DNA of 64,000 bases from Octopus vulgaris (GCA_951406725.2 OX597816.1:146444001-146508000); one strand, 5' to 3'. Counted from the first letter of the stretch, positions 17,441-31,929 are shown. The notes: generated by a model from the letters alone, not told the origin. Numbers and translations: made by a program.

Positions 17441-17616
17441 GTGAGAATTTACAAAAAAAAAAGATGAAGACTGGTGTACAAACAACAAAGTGATGTATTA
17501 GGTTGACGCTGCGGAAGTGAGAAAGTATTTTACGTTTCAAGCCTATACTCTTCGACAGAAGGAACGCGGAAATAGAGGAGAAGAGAAAATAGAAAGAGGT
17601 ATAGTGGCTAGCGATC
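17441..17616 (-). mobile_element. HHR-bearing short repeat (Penelope-LTR/retrozyme-like), family H copy 1
   Basis: Minus strand CTGTCGA-A-GAGT-atag-GCTT-GAAAC-GT-A; homologous to 32128-32319, 50413-50598 and 51945-52326. Confidence 0.7.
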
Positions 17617-17636
17617 TAATATATACATATATATGG

Positions 17637-17930
17637 ATGGAAGCACTCCGTCGGTTACGACGACGAGGGTTCCGGTTGATCCGAATCTACGCAACAGCCT
17701 GCTCGTGAAATTAACGTGTAAGTGGCTGAGCACTCCACAGACACGTGTACCCTTAACGTAGCCCTCGGGGATATTCAGCGTGACACAGAGAGTGACAAGG
17801 CCGGCCCTTTGAAATACAGGTACAACAGAAACAGGAAGTAAGAGTGAGAGAAAGTTGTGGTGAAAGAGTACAGCAGGGATCACCACCATCCCCTGGCGGA
17901 GCCTCGTGGAGCTTTAGGGGTTTTCGCTCA
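17637..17930 (-). mobile_element. SINE family C, 5'-truncated
   Basis: Nearly identical to 36495-36781; the tRNA head is absent, replaced by (TA)n. Confidence 0.9.
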
Positions 17931-18008
17931 TATATATATATATATATATATATATGAAAAAACAAGTCAAAAATAGAAAATGTTAAAATAATTTTATAGT
18001 GAACATTT

Positions 18009-18047
18009 CAGTACCGGTTTCGGTCATTTTGAGACCTTTTTCAACTG
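18009..18047 (-). ncRNA. Mirror-copy hammerhead motif with one extra A in the core
   Basis: Reverse complement of 18294-18331, reading TTGAAAAA-GGTC. Confidence 0.6.
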
Positions 18048-18293
18048 TAACGATTAAATAATTAAATTTAGAAAAATTAGAAGAAAAGTTTTTTGAAAGG
18101 AATATTTCTATAGTAGTGTTCAGATATAAGTAGCATTCTGCCTTTCTCTGACTCCCTTGTTTGCACTTACACAAGTGCAAGCAAGGGAGTCAGAGAAAGG
18201 CAGAATGCTACTTATATCTGAACACTACTATAGAAATATTCCTTTAAAAAAACTTTTCTTCTAATTTTTCTAAATTTAATTATTTAATCGTTA

Positions 18294-18331
18294 CAGTTGA
18301 AAAGGTCTCAAAATGACCGAAACCGGTACTG
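18294..18331 (+). ncRNA. Minimal type I hammerhead ribozyme, U3-A8 variant
   Basis: CAG|TTGAAAA|GGTC-tcaaaat-GACC|GAAA|CCGGT|A|CTG: stem I CAG/CTG, 4-bp stem II, palindromic stem III ACCGGT. Predicted cleavage after GUA at 18328. Confidence 0.75.
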
Positions 18332-18413
18332 AAATGTTCACTATAAAATTATTTTAGCATTTTCTATTTTTGACTTGTTTTTTCATATATATCAACTCGT
18401 GTGTTCCTTTTCA

Positions 18414-19172
<759 letters not shown>

Positions 19173-19489
19173 TGTGTTGAGGACTAAATGTTTTGTCTAA
19201 CAATAAACTTGCACTCTACAAAAGAAGAGAGTAACCCCTGAGATGAACGTAAAATTTTTGTTGTTATATCTAAACTGAAAAGCAATCGAGTATGTATAGC
19301 TATCTACCAGTCTCAATATATATATATATATATATATGCGCGCGCGTGTGTGTGTGTGTGTGTGTGTATGTATTCTTCTATTCAGTTATTCTCTTATTCG
19401 ATGCAGCCATGCAGCTTTGTTCATTCTTGTACACCGCCGTTTCTTGTGTTTCACATCACCACTCCTCTATGTTTCTTTGTACTAGTCGT

Positions 19490-20493
19490 TGACCCATAGG
19501 TATATATTGGCCCTCACCTGCACCTCATGTCGGGCTTTTGGCTCTTCTGTAATTGTGGAAAGGAGCGTGTCTAGTTCCTTGTGGAAGACATCTACATTCA
19601 CATTCAGAGTTCTTAATTGTTATTGCAGGGCTTTGAAAAGTTGTGGGCCTTTGAATGCTAGACTATTGCAGTAACTGGTCTGGAATTCAGATGGAGTGGA
19701 TGGTATCTTTGGTACAATAAAATGGCGGTCAGTTCTGTCATTTGTATCACACTCAATGCCAAAATTACCTACAAGCATTTGTAGAGTTTTCCATAGGTGG
19801 TTTATAGCTTATCTGTCACGTCTTCACTCCAGCGAGTAAAGTTGCAGTTTTCTCAGCCTATCCCTTTAGCTCATCTGCCGTAGTGTTTCACTCTTTTCCG
19901 TTTAGTTGTGTTGGACTGCTGCAAGCTCCTCTGTTAGTTTGGCAATATGTGGTAGTACTGTAGTTCAGGCGGCTGAGAACAAAGGTCTTCCCCAGGTTCA
20001 ATATTGTTTCTTGGTCTCTTAGTTTGAAAGATCCCACTATTCATCCTGCCAGTTGTCTGCACCTTGCTGCCATCTTGATAATGTGCATATAAAATGATCA
20101 GTATGTGCGTCATTGCACATACTGCTACCCATGTCATTCGCTGCCAGTGACACCGGGATTATAGTGCCTTCGGGTGTTCTCTATGCAGGCTGTAGTGCAT
20201 TTGTAGTGTAGTGCTTAAAAATTTCCAGCATTAAACTGCATTTATATTTATTTCGGGCCTCTACTATATCAATTTCAAGTCCTGCTTTAAGCTTACAACA
20301 ATATCTTGATTGCCCGTGATAATTTTGTATCATCGGCATAGCTAGTGACAGTGGTTGTGCGAGTAACCGTAAGCATGTCTAAAAAGGCTATTATGAACAG
20401 TAATAGCCCCAGGAGAGTTCCTTGGGGGACGCCACTTAGGAATTGTGTTTCCTGAGACAGGGCACTATTGGCTGGAACTACATGACTTTTGTC
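19490..20493 (-). mobile_element. CR1/Jockey-group LINE RT and 3' fragment
   Basis: SGVPQGTLLGLLLFII..YADDTKL RT motifs in ORF 20293..20628; downstream NSLAFKGPQLF C-terminal motif. Confidence 0.85.
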
Positions 20494-21071
20494 TTTCATA
20501 TTATATATAGTATATATATATATATACACGTCGATGAGGGCAGTAGAATTTGCAACTCTAGGACCACTTTTGTCGTTTCTGGATCGATTGTAGCAAAATG
20601 ACTCATCAGGTAATATTGTTTCAAACATCGGACGGATACAAACATCGAATACGTTATATTGTTAAGGGCAACTCTATGTGACAACGACGGATTCATATAT
20701 GCATAATTTATGTGTTATAATCGAGTACATAGGCTATGCATGAGTTATATATAATGATGGTGACAGCTGTTAAATTTCAGTTGATGTCTAGATTTCATTA
20801 TTCCTACACACATACACAAAACACACACACACACGCACGCAAGTACACAACCCCTCCACATACACACACACACGCGCGCGTGCAAACAGCTCTCTATAAG
20901 CCAATATAAGGATATCACCTTTCTGTCTCTTTCCCACTCTTTTTCTTTATCTTTCGCTCTCCCTCGCTCTCTGACTTTCTCTCACTCCTCTATCAAACTA
21001 TCACTTTGTCACTTTGTCTCAGTCTGTCTGCCGCCTATCGGTCTCTCTCTCTCTCACTATGTATGTATATT

Positions 21072-21114
<43 letters not shown>

Positions 21115-21470
21115 GTGTGTGTGTGTATATATATATATATATGTGTGTGTATTTATACATCGAAAACCAAATAGCAAAAAGTTAACTACGCACAACAGCT
21201 TTGAAATATCAGCTTCCTTTCCCGGCTTATACATACATATTCAAAACAATAACAATTGTTGCACTTAGTATATATCCCCATTGACAGTCAGGTTAAGCTG
21301 GAATTTAAAGATAAGGAATTCAACAATCTATAAGCGTACCATTACAAAGATGTAAGGCATTTCGCAAAGTTAAATAGGAATTTGATTTTATCGTTATTAT
21401 TCAAACGATGGGCCTTTGTATAAAAATACAAGCTCAATAGCAAGTAACCCCTAAAATGCAGAATGATTCA

Positions 21471-21790
21471 AGTGGCAGTGTCTCTAAGTAGCTTGCTTAC
21501 CAGCCACGTGGTTCCGCGTCCAGTACCACTGCGTGGCACATTGAGTAAGTGTCTTCTAGTATAGCCTCAAGCCGACCAAAGACTTTTGAGCGGATTTGGT
21601 AGGCGGAAACTCAAAGAAGCCCTTCGTATATATATGTGTGTGTGTGTATGTGTGTGTGTGCATGTGTGTGTGCGCGTGTGTTTGTGTGTGCATCTGCCTG
21701 TGTCTATCTTTCTATGGTTGTTCGACTAAAGGCGGTGCTTCAGCATAGCGGAAGTCAAATGAGAGAAATAAACAAAGGTGTAAAAAATTA
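21471..21790 (+). mobile_element. tRNA-derived SINE, family B, with (TG)n and tail
   Basis: aagtagcttgcttaccagccacgtggttccg..ccactgcgtggcac..ggccgaccaaag..gatttggtag.cggaaac; matches 24523, 47906 and 56054. Confidence 0.85.
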
Positions 21791-21954
21791 AAGAATAATA
21801 CAGGAGAACATACACGCTCACTTCCTAATTTGTTTCTCTCTTGTGTCGGTTTGATATAGCTTGAGCCGCGTCGATGTCATTTGTACAACTCCAGTAGGCA
21901 ACGGTGGTTTGACGCAGAAGATAATAGTGGGAAGGGCTGCTCAAACTTAAGAAC

Positions 21955-22130
21955 ATACTAACCGGTTCCCACCAATATGGTCATGCTCTGTTTATCATAA
22001 TATGAAATCACCACGCCGTGTAAATGTGATGCATGTTCCTGGTGTACGATTATCAGACGGGTACTCATGATTGGGCTTCGTATATTTGTACCCCCGTGTC
22101 ACTTTGATGGCATGTGCTGCTTTCTCACCA
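21955..22130 (+). mobile_element. Diverged partial copy of the 15697-16218 element
   Basis: tatcagacgggta.tcatgat..gggcttcgtatattt..gtgtcactttgatggcatg..ctgct.tctcac is the reverse complement of ~15698-15880. Confidence 0.8.
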
Positions 22131-22409
22131 GTTGTGAGTACACTAAGAGTACTAACAACGAAGTTCGAGAAGTATTTTGGATCAATTGGAATTGACATCA
22201 GGGCAGAGCAGGCGCCCAAATCTCTTCTATTGGGGACAGTTAGGATTTTAAGATAGGTGCTTAGATGTTACGTATCTTCCACAATAGCTAACATCTCAGT
22301 ACCAAGCCTTATACTTCGCGGGAAAAGAGACTGTGAAACCTCGGAAAACAGGTTGATGCCCACTATCGCAGAATCAATCAGACCAAGGCCGAGAGCTCTG
22401 AGAAGTAAC

Positions 22410-22445
<36 letters not shown>
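22131..22445 (+). mobile_element. R4/Dong-type LINE 3' end with (TAA)n tail
   Basis: KYFGSIGIDIRAEQAPKSLLLGTVRILR*VL (QKxxLLGTxxILR C-terminal motif), then UTR and (TAA)n. Confidence 0.75.
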
Positions 22446-22449
<4 letters not shown>

Positions 22450-22455
22450 TTATAT

Positions 22456-22753
22456 GAGAATGATCCCTGGCTTACCATCCCTGCAAGAAGTGCAAAAGAT
22501 TGTCTTAACTGGTACATCACACGTATTGAGAAGAGCATTGTCGATGTGAGAACTGTTGCTGCTCATGTATTTTAATTTAACTTAAACAAAAAAAAAAAAA
22601 AAATTAACGAACTATTGAGTTTGGTTTAATGGCCTACCAATGTATACTATGAGTTTCTTTGCCCTATGAGTCGGGAAGACACTCGGCAAGAAATGGAAGC
22701 AAATTTGAAAGAAGAAAAAAAAAGTAATAATAACAATAATAATAATAATAATG

Positions 22754-22784
<31 letters not shown>

Positions 22785-22840
22785 TAATAATAATAATAAT
22801 GATGATAATGATGATGATGAACAACAACAACAACAACAAC
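22456..22840 (+). mobile_element. Second R4/Dong-type LINE 3' end with (TAA)n tail
   Basis: MIPGLPSLQEVQKIVLTGTSHVLRRALSM*, then UTR and (TAA)n/(GAT)n/(AAC)n. Confidence 0.8.
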
Positions 22841-23492
22841 ATCGGGGACGTTTAACATGTGAGAATGATAAAAAACAGATTGATCCGAAATCTATGCAAA
22901 ATCTTCGAGAATAAAGACAAGAAATGGAGCCTAAAATAAAAATGACGAAGTGTTGTACTCTATGTGACTAAGTACATATGATGATGATGATAGTAATGAT
23001 GAGAATAATAATACGAAGAAGAAGAGATACATATATGTATGTAAGCACGTATGTGTGTTGTGTCATGGGAGGGTCATTCCTCCAGTAATGATAACATACG
23101 CACTGGTTCAATATCACTTGTTTTTTTGTAGTCAATTCGTTAAATAACTAACCAACTAGCTGATCGATCGTTTGTTTAATGAGCTAGTTAAAAATCAAAC
23201 ACTTGTTTTCCAGTGTAGGTCCTATCTTCCCTATTTGCGACCTCTTCAATGAATTTCTCTCTCTCTCTCTCTCTACAAGGTCCCTGGTCTAAGTCCGTGC
23301 GGGAAGTGGTCTTCTGTCTGTTTGTATGTATAGCTATATGTGTCTATGTAGATCTGTAAGGGAAGTATAGGAATAAATGAGTAGTTTGTGCGTGTTTCTC
23401 ATTGTGTGTGCGCGGGCATGTGTGTATGTGTGTGGTTGTATGTACACCCGCCTGGTTATATCTATGTCTGTGTGTGCGTGTGTATGCGTGCG

Positions 23493-23534
<42 letters not shown>

Positions 23535-24393
23535 TGTGTGTGTGCATTAGCCATCCATGACCTTAGTCATTAGCCATCCACGACCTCTTAGTCTCTGTTC
23601 AGCCGGGCTTCGCTTGTCATGCCATGAATATTTAAGGCTGTAGCTCCCTATGAAGAGGTTGGGAGAGTGGAAGGGAGTGGATTGAAATGGCATGGGGTGT
23701 ACTTTGGTGTGTAGGTGGGCGGGTGAGTGTGTCGTAAAGTGCACTTGCCTGTGGTTGATTATCTTTTTTATGCGAATGTGCATCTACGTAAATGTCTGTG
23801 TGTGGGTGAGTGAGATTTGGCTTACGTGTGTGCATTCCAGTATGTTTATACGTGCATGCCGTGTGGTGGCTTTCTGAATAGGAAAGCGTCATTGCGTACA
23901 CTCGCGCTCATGCGTTTTACTGCGTGCATATGTGATTCTACGTACGTTTGTATGCGCGAATGTGTGGGCCTATGCCTGTGCATATTTGTGTGTGCATGCG
24001 TGATCGTTCGCATTTGCATATATAGCGTGGTGACTATGAATGTCTGTAGATGTGTGTTGTTGTGTTCCTCACTGAGTATATATGATTATCTCTACGTGAA
24101 TGTGTGTGCGTGCTTGTCTGCGTGCGAGCATAGCTGTGTGATTGCGCGTGGGAATATTTCATAGCTATATGTATTTATATTGATTTCCTTATATGCAGCT
24201 GTAATTCTACTACTACAGTGTCTCTACCTCTCTATAACTACATGCGTACATGTGCGCGCATGCACGCGTGCATAGGTGCGTGGATGTGTTTTGATATTGT
24301 ACATATTTATATGCGTTTATTTGAAAGGAATTTCATGCATCCTGCTGTCGTTGTTACTCTACCTATTATATACCTGTCTATACAACCACAAAT

Positions 24394-24668
<275 letters not shown>

Positions 24669-25168
24669 ATTAGTTAGTTGAATTCTTTTTTCCGAATATC
24701 CAATCTTACCTAGACAGTCAGTTTGGTCTTTACTCACCAAACCAATTGCACTAATTATGATAGTTATAAATGTACATTCTTAATTTGGATAAAGGAGCTG
24801 GAGGTTTCGAAGCATTTCTCCATAGGTGTCCTCTTCCTCTTAGATAGAATTCAGCTGCCTTCATGATGTCTATGACGGGCCTTTCCCTTTTTAGGGTACC
24901 GTTGTAGATTGTTTTGTGACAACGTCGCGTCGCGTAGGGACATAGTACCTTGAAAACATTTTGGGCAGTTGCTAAATCACACGTGGGATGATTGCATAGA
25001 AATATTATATACCCTATATTTTCGTTTTCATCTTAAAATTCCAAGGGCCTCATTGTCTTTGATATTTAATAGGTATCTAGTTGCAAATGCATAACCTTGG
25101 AAGTTAGATATTATGTAGCAGTCTCAAGTATGTGTGTGCGTATGTATATTTGTATGTATGTATGTATG

Positions 25169-25208
<40 letters not shown>

Positions 25209-26324
25209 TGTGTGTATGTATGGTATGTATGCATGTGTCTGTGTGTGTGTGTCTGTAGGTGTGCCAGCATGTATAATTTTCACTTAATTGTTGAATGCTA
25301 TATGCTGTGGATTTCTTTCCACGGACTAACATCTTCTGAATTGATTTTTTTTTTCTTTTTTCAATCCTCTATCTCATACCATTAGCTCGCATATCATGCA
25401 ATAATAATCAATGAATTCCGGTTCTCCAATCCGAAATATGTAATCGTAAAGCACGTACTTTACAATGTTCTCAGAATAAACTATGTCCTTATTGTTCCAT
25501 CTAAACAAGATTTGGAATAGAATATCTTATTTATAACAACTGATGCAAGTTGTACATTTAAATGAAAAGTAGTCTTTGAGATACTAAACATTCTCAGTAT
25601 AGATACTTTGGGTGAACTGATGTTAGCTGAAGTGGTATTGAAATGGTTGGAAAATGCCAATGCAGGATGAATATTCTTTGATATGAAAAGGGATTATTAC
25701 ATTGTAAATTGCTAGCATGTAGATGTATGCATGTTTGTCTACCTGTCAATCTGTTTCTGAATTATTCATTTCCAGTTGAGTCCACTTGAGTGTGTTTGAG
25801 ATACTTTGATCTACGTTAATGATACAATTATATTTGTTGAAACTTAGCTAAATTTTCAGTGAATACCGGTGATATGAAAATAACTTAGATGATAAAGAAG
25901 AAAAGTTTCGCATCCGTATTGCTACAGGGTCATCAAATATTGCCTCAGGAAGTTTCACCTTACAAATATCACCATTGGGAATTACGTAAATTCCGCAGAG
26001 ACAACGAATATATATACATACATTTATACACACACACTCACTCACACACACAGTCACTCACACACACACTCACTCACACACACACACACACGCACACACG
26101 CACATATATAAGGCATGAGGTGGGAATGATGACCTCCTTCGCAAATACTAATCGGACAATGTGTGTCGTTGGCCAGCTGGAGGAGATGTCCTCCTGGGGC
26201 TAAATACAACAATAACACCGTCCTTCATAGGACCGCTACATGTAGTTGATAAATATATTTTACGATTCCGTACTGTTACTGATTATCTCTCGCTCATAGA
26301 TTTAATATAACTTATCTCTCTCTT

Positions 26325-26384
<60 letters not shown>

Positions 26385-26989
26385 ATCGGTTTCAACCAGA
26401 GGCTGTGGCCAAGATGGGACATCGATATCAACAATAATGCATGTTTATATTAGACTCATATCCAATCTTTTCTCTGGAACAGCTGCCCTGACAAAATTAA
26501 TGAGTCGGACAAAAGCTGCCTTATTTTGCATCTTCTTCTACAACACCTACAGATCAGTGAAAATTTGCCAAAAGCTGTTGGACTCTAAACTGTAGCAATA
26601 TTGAATTTCTTCTCTGGAGTGTGACGGTCGGATCTTGGGTGCTATGCTGAAGCTGCCAGTCTGCTGATCCTATAGATTTCAACCCAAAATTCGGTGTGAG
26701 GTTGTGTGTGTGTCTGTGTGTCTGTGCGTTTGCATGTATTAAATAACAAAATATATTTCACGTTATTTAGTCCCCAGGAATAATTCGTCTATTGTACTGA
26801 GGCAACACTCTTGATATAGTTGTGTTAGGTTGCCTCGAGCGCTGCTGTTGACTTGACGCTTTGTGGCTCCGGTAACTGGTTGTAGTAGTGCAGGTGACTG
26901 CACATGATATTCTTCATACGAACAATGCTCTTAGAATACAAATATTTCACTCACCTAAGCATTATAGCCACCTTAGAAATATGAACACG

Positions 26990-27430
26990 TAAAGTTGAAT
27001 CACAACTCATGTGAATTTCCAGGTCATACATCTACTGAAACTCTGGTTTTGCAATATCCTGTTCCTGTGTATATGATTGCAATCTATTTGTTGGTCGATT
27101 AAAGAGAGCTTAAATTTTCTCTGCTTTCAGCTGCATGTTATTTTCTTCAGCCAACTTTTGAGAAAGGTTGGCTTGTGTATTTGCATCATTAGTATAGTAT
27201 TTGAGAATGACTGGTTGAGTGACAATGGCACCACGAGCATTAGTAAACCTAGTACAGTTCCCTTAGGCTCTCTAGTTATTGTTAAGGACTCATTTAGAGA
27301 GATTGCCATCTATATCTTATATAACGATGCAGCCATTACCCTATGTTTAAAAGTGGAAGTATCTTTAATTTTCCTTTCTCTTCTTTTTCCGTTTATATTA
27401 GCCCTTCAAATCTTTACACAAATCAACTTC
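26990..27430 (-). mobile_element. Highly degenerate CR1-like RT fragment
   Basis: REPKGTVLGLLML resembles GVPQGTVLGPLLF; YTNDAN (resembling YADDTK) follows in a shifted frame. Confidence 0.5.
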
Positions 27431-27650
27431 TAGTTTTGTGCTGTGATTCCTCATGTAACATCGTCCTCATTCGCAGATATAATAAGCCATGTGCTCTGGG
27501 CCCTGTGGGTTACTTGGAGACACAAGGCGTGTAATATAATCCTTCCTAGACACGTGCTTCCAAGGCAAGAAACTATTAGTAGCTCCTATCTTTATGATGC
27601 ATTGAGTAATGTACGCATATACATAAATACACACACACACAGAAGTAGAC

Positions 27651-27651
<1 letters not shown>

Positions 27652-27683
<32 letters not shown>

Positions 27684-27890
27684 CAGACAGATAGATAGAG
27701 AGATAGATAGACAGATAGATAGATATATATATGTAGGTATGTAGGTAGGTAGGTAGGTAGGTAGGTAGGTCGATATGTGGGTAGGTAGCTAAGTAGGTAG
27801 GTAGGTAGGTAGGTAGGTAGGTAGGTAGGTAGGTAGGTAGGTAGGTAGGTAGGTAGGTAAATAGATAGATAGGTAAGTAGATAGATAGAT
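27652..27890. repeat. (AAAG)/(AGAT)/(AGGT) tetranucleotide microsatellites
   Basis: Seen directly. Confidence 0.95.
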
Positions 27891-28661
27891 AATTGAATTT
27901 AGTTGTAGCGGGCGGAGTCTAATGCATTGATGAATGCAGTTCTGTAAAGAATTAATTCCTGGTATTATACCACCTGATGTAACATTATTATCAATACGAA
28001 TAACAATAATAACGACCACATCACAACGGGATCAATAAAATAAATACATCAACATATATACGCCTATTCGACCAGTGGACCATATAAACAGAAACACGAT
28101 GCAACTTAAATATATAATCGGATAATTCACCATGCACCTATAAATATATATATGCGTGGTCTGTGTGTGTGTGTGTGTGTGAGAGTATGTGTATATGAAC
28201 GTGCATGTGTGTATATATGTGCATATATATATATGTATATATATATATATGTATATATATATGTTTGCATACATATATGCATCTACATGCTTACATACGG
28301 TTGTATATACACACGAGAATTACAACGTGATGGTAATGTGATTTTTCTGTTTCCCTTTCTATTCCTGTTCTCTCAACCGATGAAAGAGATGAGAACAAAA
28401 CCTTTAAGAATATCGAAACATCGATCACTTCACGTGCACAATCGTGTGGTTGCTTTTATATATTTATTTATGTATATACATACATGTATATTTTGTAAGT
28501 TTACCGGTATATAGGCACTGTTCTGCGCATGCAGATGTATGCATATACATGTGTTTCATGCAATTGATATGCGCTACTTCATCAAAAACACTCAGTGTGT
28601 TCGCTATAACGAGACACATATTTTGCATCAGTGCGTATATATATATATATAAATATATATA

Positions 28662-28726
<65 letters not shown>

Positions 28727-28952
28727 TCAAACATGCGTATGTGTGCGAATGTGTGTGTGTGTGTGTGAGCGAATGTATCTCTATTCATGAGAGTGTTTAT
28801 ATATATATATATATATGTCTGTATAAATACTTGTATATGTTTCTATGTGCTTACTGTTCATTATCAATGTTCTCACTTCTACCAGACGGATTACCAAAAA
28901 CAATTTGTGATTTATGCACACATATTAACGATATGCAAAGAGAAGTGTTTTG

Positions 28953-28954
28953 TT

Positions 28955-29028
<74 letters not shown>

Positions 29029-29171
29029 AATTATCATCATCATCATAATTTTTATTCATATTGTAGTTATTGCTCCTGTTTTTATGAATTCATTTGTGAG
29101 TGACGATGATGATGATGATGGTGATGACGACGACGACTACGATGATGATGATGGTGGTGATTATGATGATG

Positions 29172-29204
<33 letters not shown>

Positions 29205-29232
29205 GTAATAATAATATCAATAATATAAATAA
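28953..29232. repeat. (TTA)n/(CAT)n and (GAT)n/(AAT)n trinucleotide repeats
   Basis: Seen directly. Confidence 0.95.
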
Positions 29233-31893
29233 TGCAATTGCTATTATTGCTTATACACCGGTTTTTTAGAAATTTACTTTCTCTTTCCGTAGTGCTGAAT
29301 CACACATGTTATATATTAGATTGTATATTATATATTATATATTGTATATTGTATCATATATTATTATTATATATATATATATATTATATCTATTATACAT
29401 TAAATATTAGATTCGCAATTTTCTTCTGTATTCCTTAGTATTTATATTTTTTACAGTCCTACGTCATTATTACTTTATTCCTGTCACCATACTTTTCTTA
29501 TTTCCTCTTCCTTTTATTCGTTCTCATTGATTTCCTTCTGGGCACAAAACAAAAGTCTATCATATCAGTGTGACGTCCACTTCGCTTGGTTAGTTTAAAT
29601 TCACAAGTTATTCATCCACACAATGACAATTGGGCATACTCAAAATACTTTTAATTTTTCTTTGTTTCGCGAACATTTTTCATTTGCCTAAACTTTTGTT
29701 GGCAATCATGTTTTTTGTATTATATTATATTTTTCTCGACAATACAATATATCATATTCCAAACACATGCAGTCACGCACATATAACGTACTTTCGCTCT
29801 CTTTTCTTCCTCTCACTAGAAATGTGTGAGCATGTGAGTGTGTGTATGTGATTGTGCGTGCATAAATATATGAACATATTTGTGTGTGTATAGGTTTATG
29901 TATATATATGTATATGTATACTTATATATACATACAGGTATATATATACATACATATATACACACACATACACTCATATATACTTATATATATACATATG
30001 CGTGTGTGTGTATTTATGAATATGTTTAAGTGTACTTGTAGATACATGTACACAAATATATTCATTTATCTGTAAATATGCTTACTTAAATGTGTGTGTG
30101 TGTATGAATGTATGTATATATGTGTGAATGTTTGTATATATGTATGAGTGTTTGTATGTATGTCACGTTATTAATGGAAATAAATGTCTTAGATATAAGG
30201 AATATTATTACTGCAACGTTTAACAAAGCTCTCGACGATACTGTAATATTTAATATCAGAGCGATATCATATCAGAATATAGAAACATTTAAATAAAACA
30301 ACACTTTGATTACAAAGCAAGAAATATTTACATATTCTCATTGTATTCTTTCACACGGCTAACCGTGTTTACAGCTTCCGTTATATATGCAATTCCTGCT
30401 CATAGATTATACAGCAAACCCCACGTGAACCATTTTAATCATTACGTATAATAAATATTTATTTCTCTTTGCAATACTAATTTGTTCCTTCCAGTATCAT
30501 AATTATAAAAAATTGATTTTACAAGTTTTGATCAATTTCTTGAGTAAAGATCGCACTTGAGCATTAAAATGATTTTCGCACATCTAGGATATTGTTATGA
30601 CTTTAAGTAGCAGCAATATTAGTGTGAATAGCACCATTCCCTGAAGAAATCCATGTGCATGTATGATAGAGGATTTTACGTACAATTTACCATAGAAAGA
30701 AGGATAAAGTTTCAAATATGCACCCTACAAGGCATCCGTGATAACGATACATGTCGCGTACTATGTTTTCCAAATGTCACTTCCTTTCAGCAAATATATA
30801 CACAAACACATACAAAGACATGCTAATACACAGGTCGTCTGCCATTGTCGTCTGCTGCTCTGTATACATAGACATGCTTTAATGCGAGACTACATACGGT
30901 GCATTTTTAATTGTTTGCCTGTATTTTAATGGACAGTTGACAAAAGCTCAATTTTTCTAAGATGTAGGATTATGTTAAAACTCTACATTTGTAACAGTAA
31001 TGTGCTTTATTCAGTTGAAGCTATAAGTGTAGACAACTGTTTTGAACTGCAGTTGAGTGTTTTAGGGAAAGTTGTCTTGTATCAATATGTGGCAATGGGA
31101 CAACAGTGAATTGTCCTGTCCAACTTCAACAATGTTAAGAGATGTGTTTAGTCATAGAATATGACAGTGTAACTGAAAACTGGAGATGCCTTAAATGAAT
31201 TGATATATTAAATGAGAATATATTGAATGGCAAGCAGAATTGATCTATTAAATGGGAAGTAGAATGACCAAAAAGATTCCTTTTTGTACCTGCTGTAAAC
31301 TATTATAATTGCATTACGTGCTAGGGCTGTACCACTGCTGATATTATTGATCCTGTTATATAGTAGCCAAATGTATATGTCGATTATGACATGAAAATTG
31401 TGAGAGAGGACAACTGGAGAGTGAGAGCACCGTCAACACAAGTACGGAATGAACTGACTTGCAGCACATGGATTGGAATGAAATGTTTTAAACAATGGCA
31501 GTTTAAAGACCAGCGGTGGTGTACGAGATAGCCAGCATCTCACATTTAAAAATTACTACTGGTTCTCATAAATATTTTGTATTTTTAAATCTTATATCTA
31601 TCCACTGGCAGCTGAACATTGTCTCAAAATGAAATAAATCAATCTCATGCTCCAATACAGAGAAATCTGTTTCATGTAGAACTGTTAAGTTTCCAGTAAG
31701 TTGGATTTTATTACCCCGTCTCCAAATGTGTGTTGCCTATGTACACATATACTCTAGTACATATGTTAATATGAGTAGAATATTTGTATGCATACACGAT
31801 ATAAACGTTGAAGCGTTCAGTCATATATACATTCATACATACATGCATTCATACATACATGCATTCATACATACATATATACATAATACATAC

Positions 31894-31929
<36 letters not shown>

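Larger units (their letters stand above)
17948..18417. mobile_element. Near-perfect palindrome (~220 bp arms, ACAC loop); Penelope-like inverted pseudo-LTR insertion
   Basis: Arms 17948-18168 and 18173-18392 differ by about 3 substitutions and 1 indel. Each arm carries an HHR motif; the right arm has an extra ~25 nt tail before (TA)n. Confidence 0.85.

Noticed and set aside
27868-27880. Second AGGTAAGT motif
   Set aside because: Embedded in AGAT/AGGT microsatellite with no pyrimidine tract or branch point.
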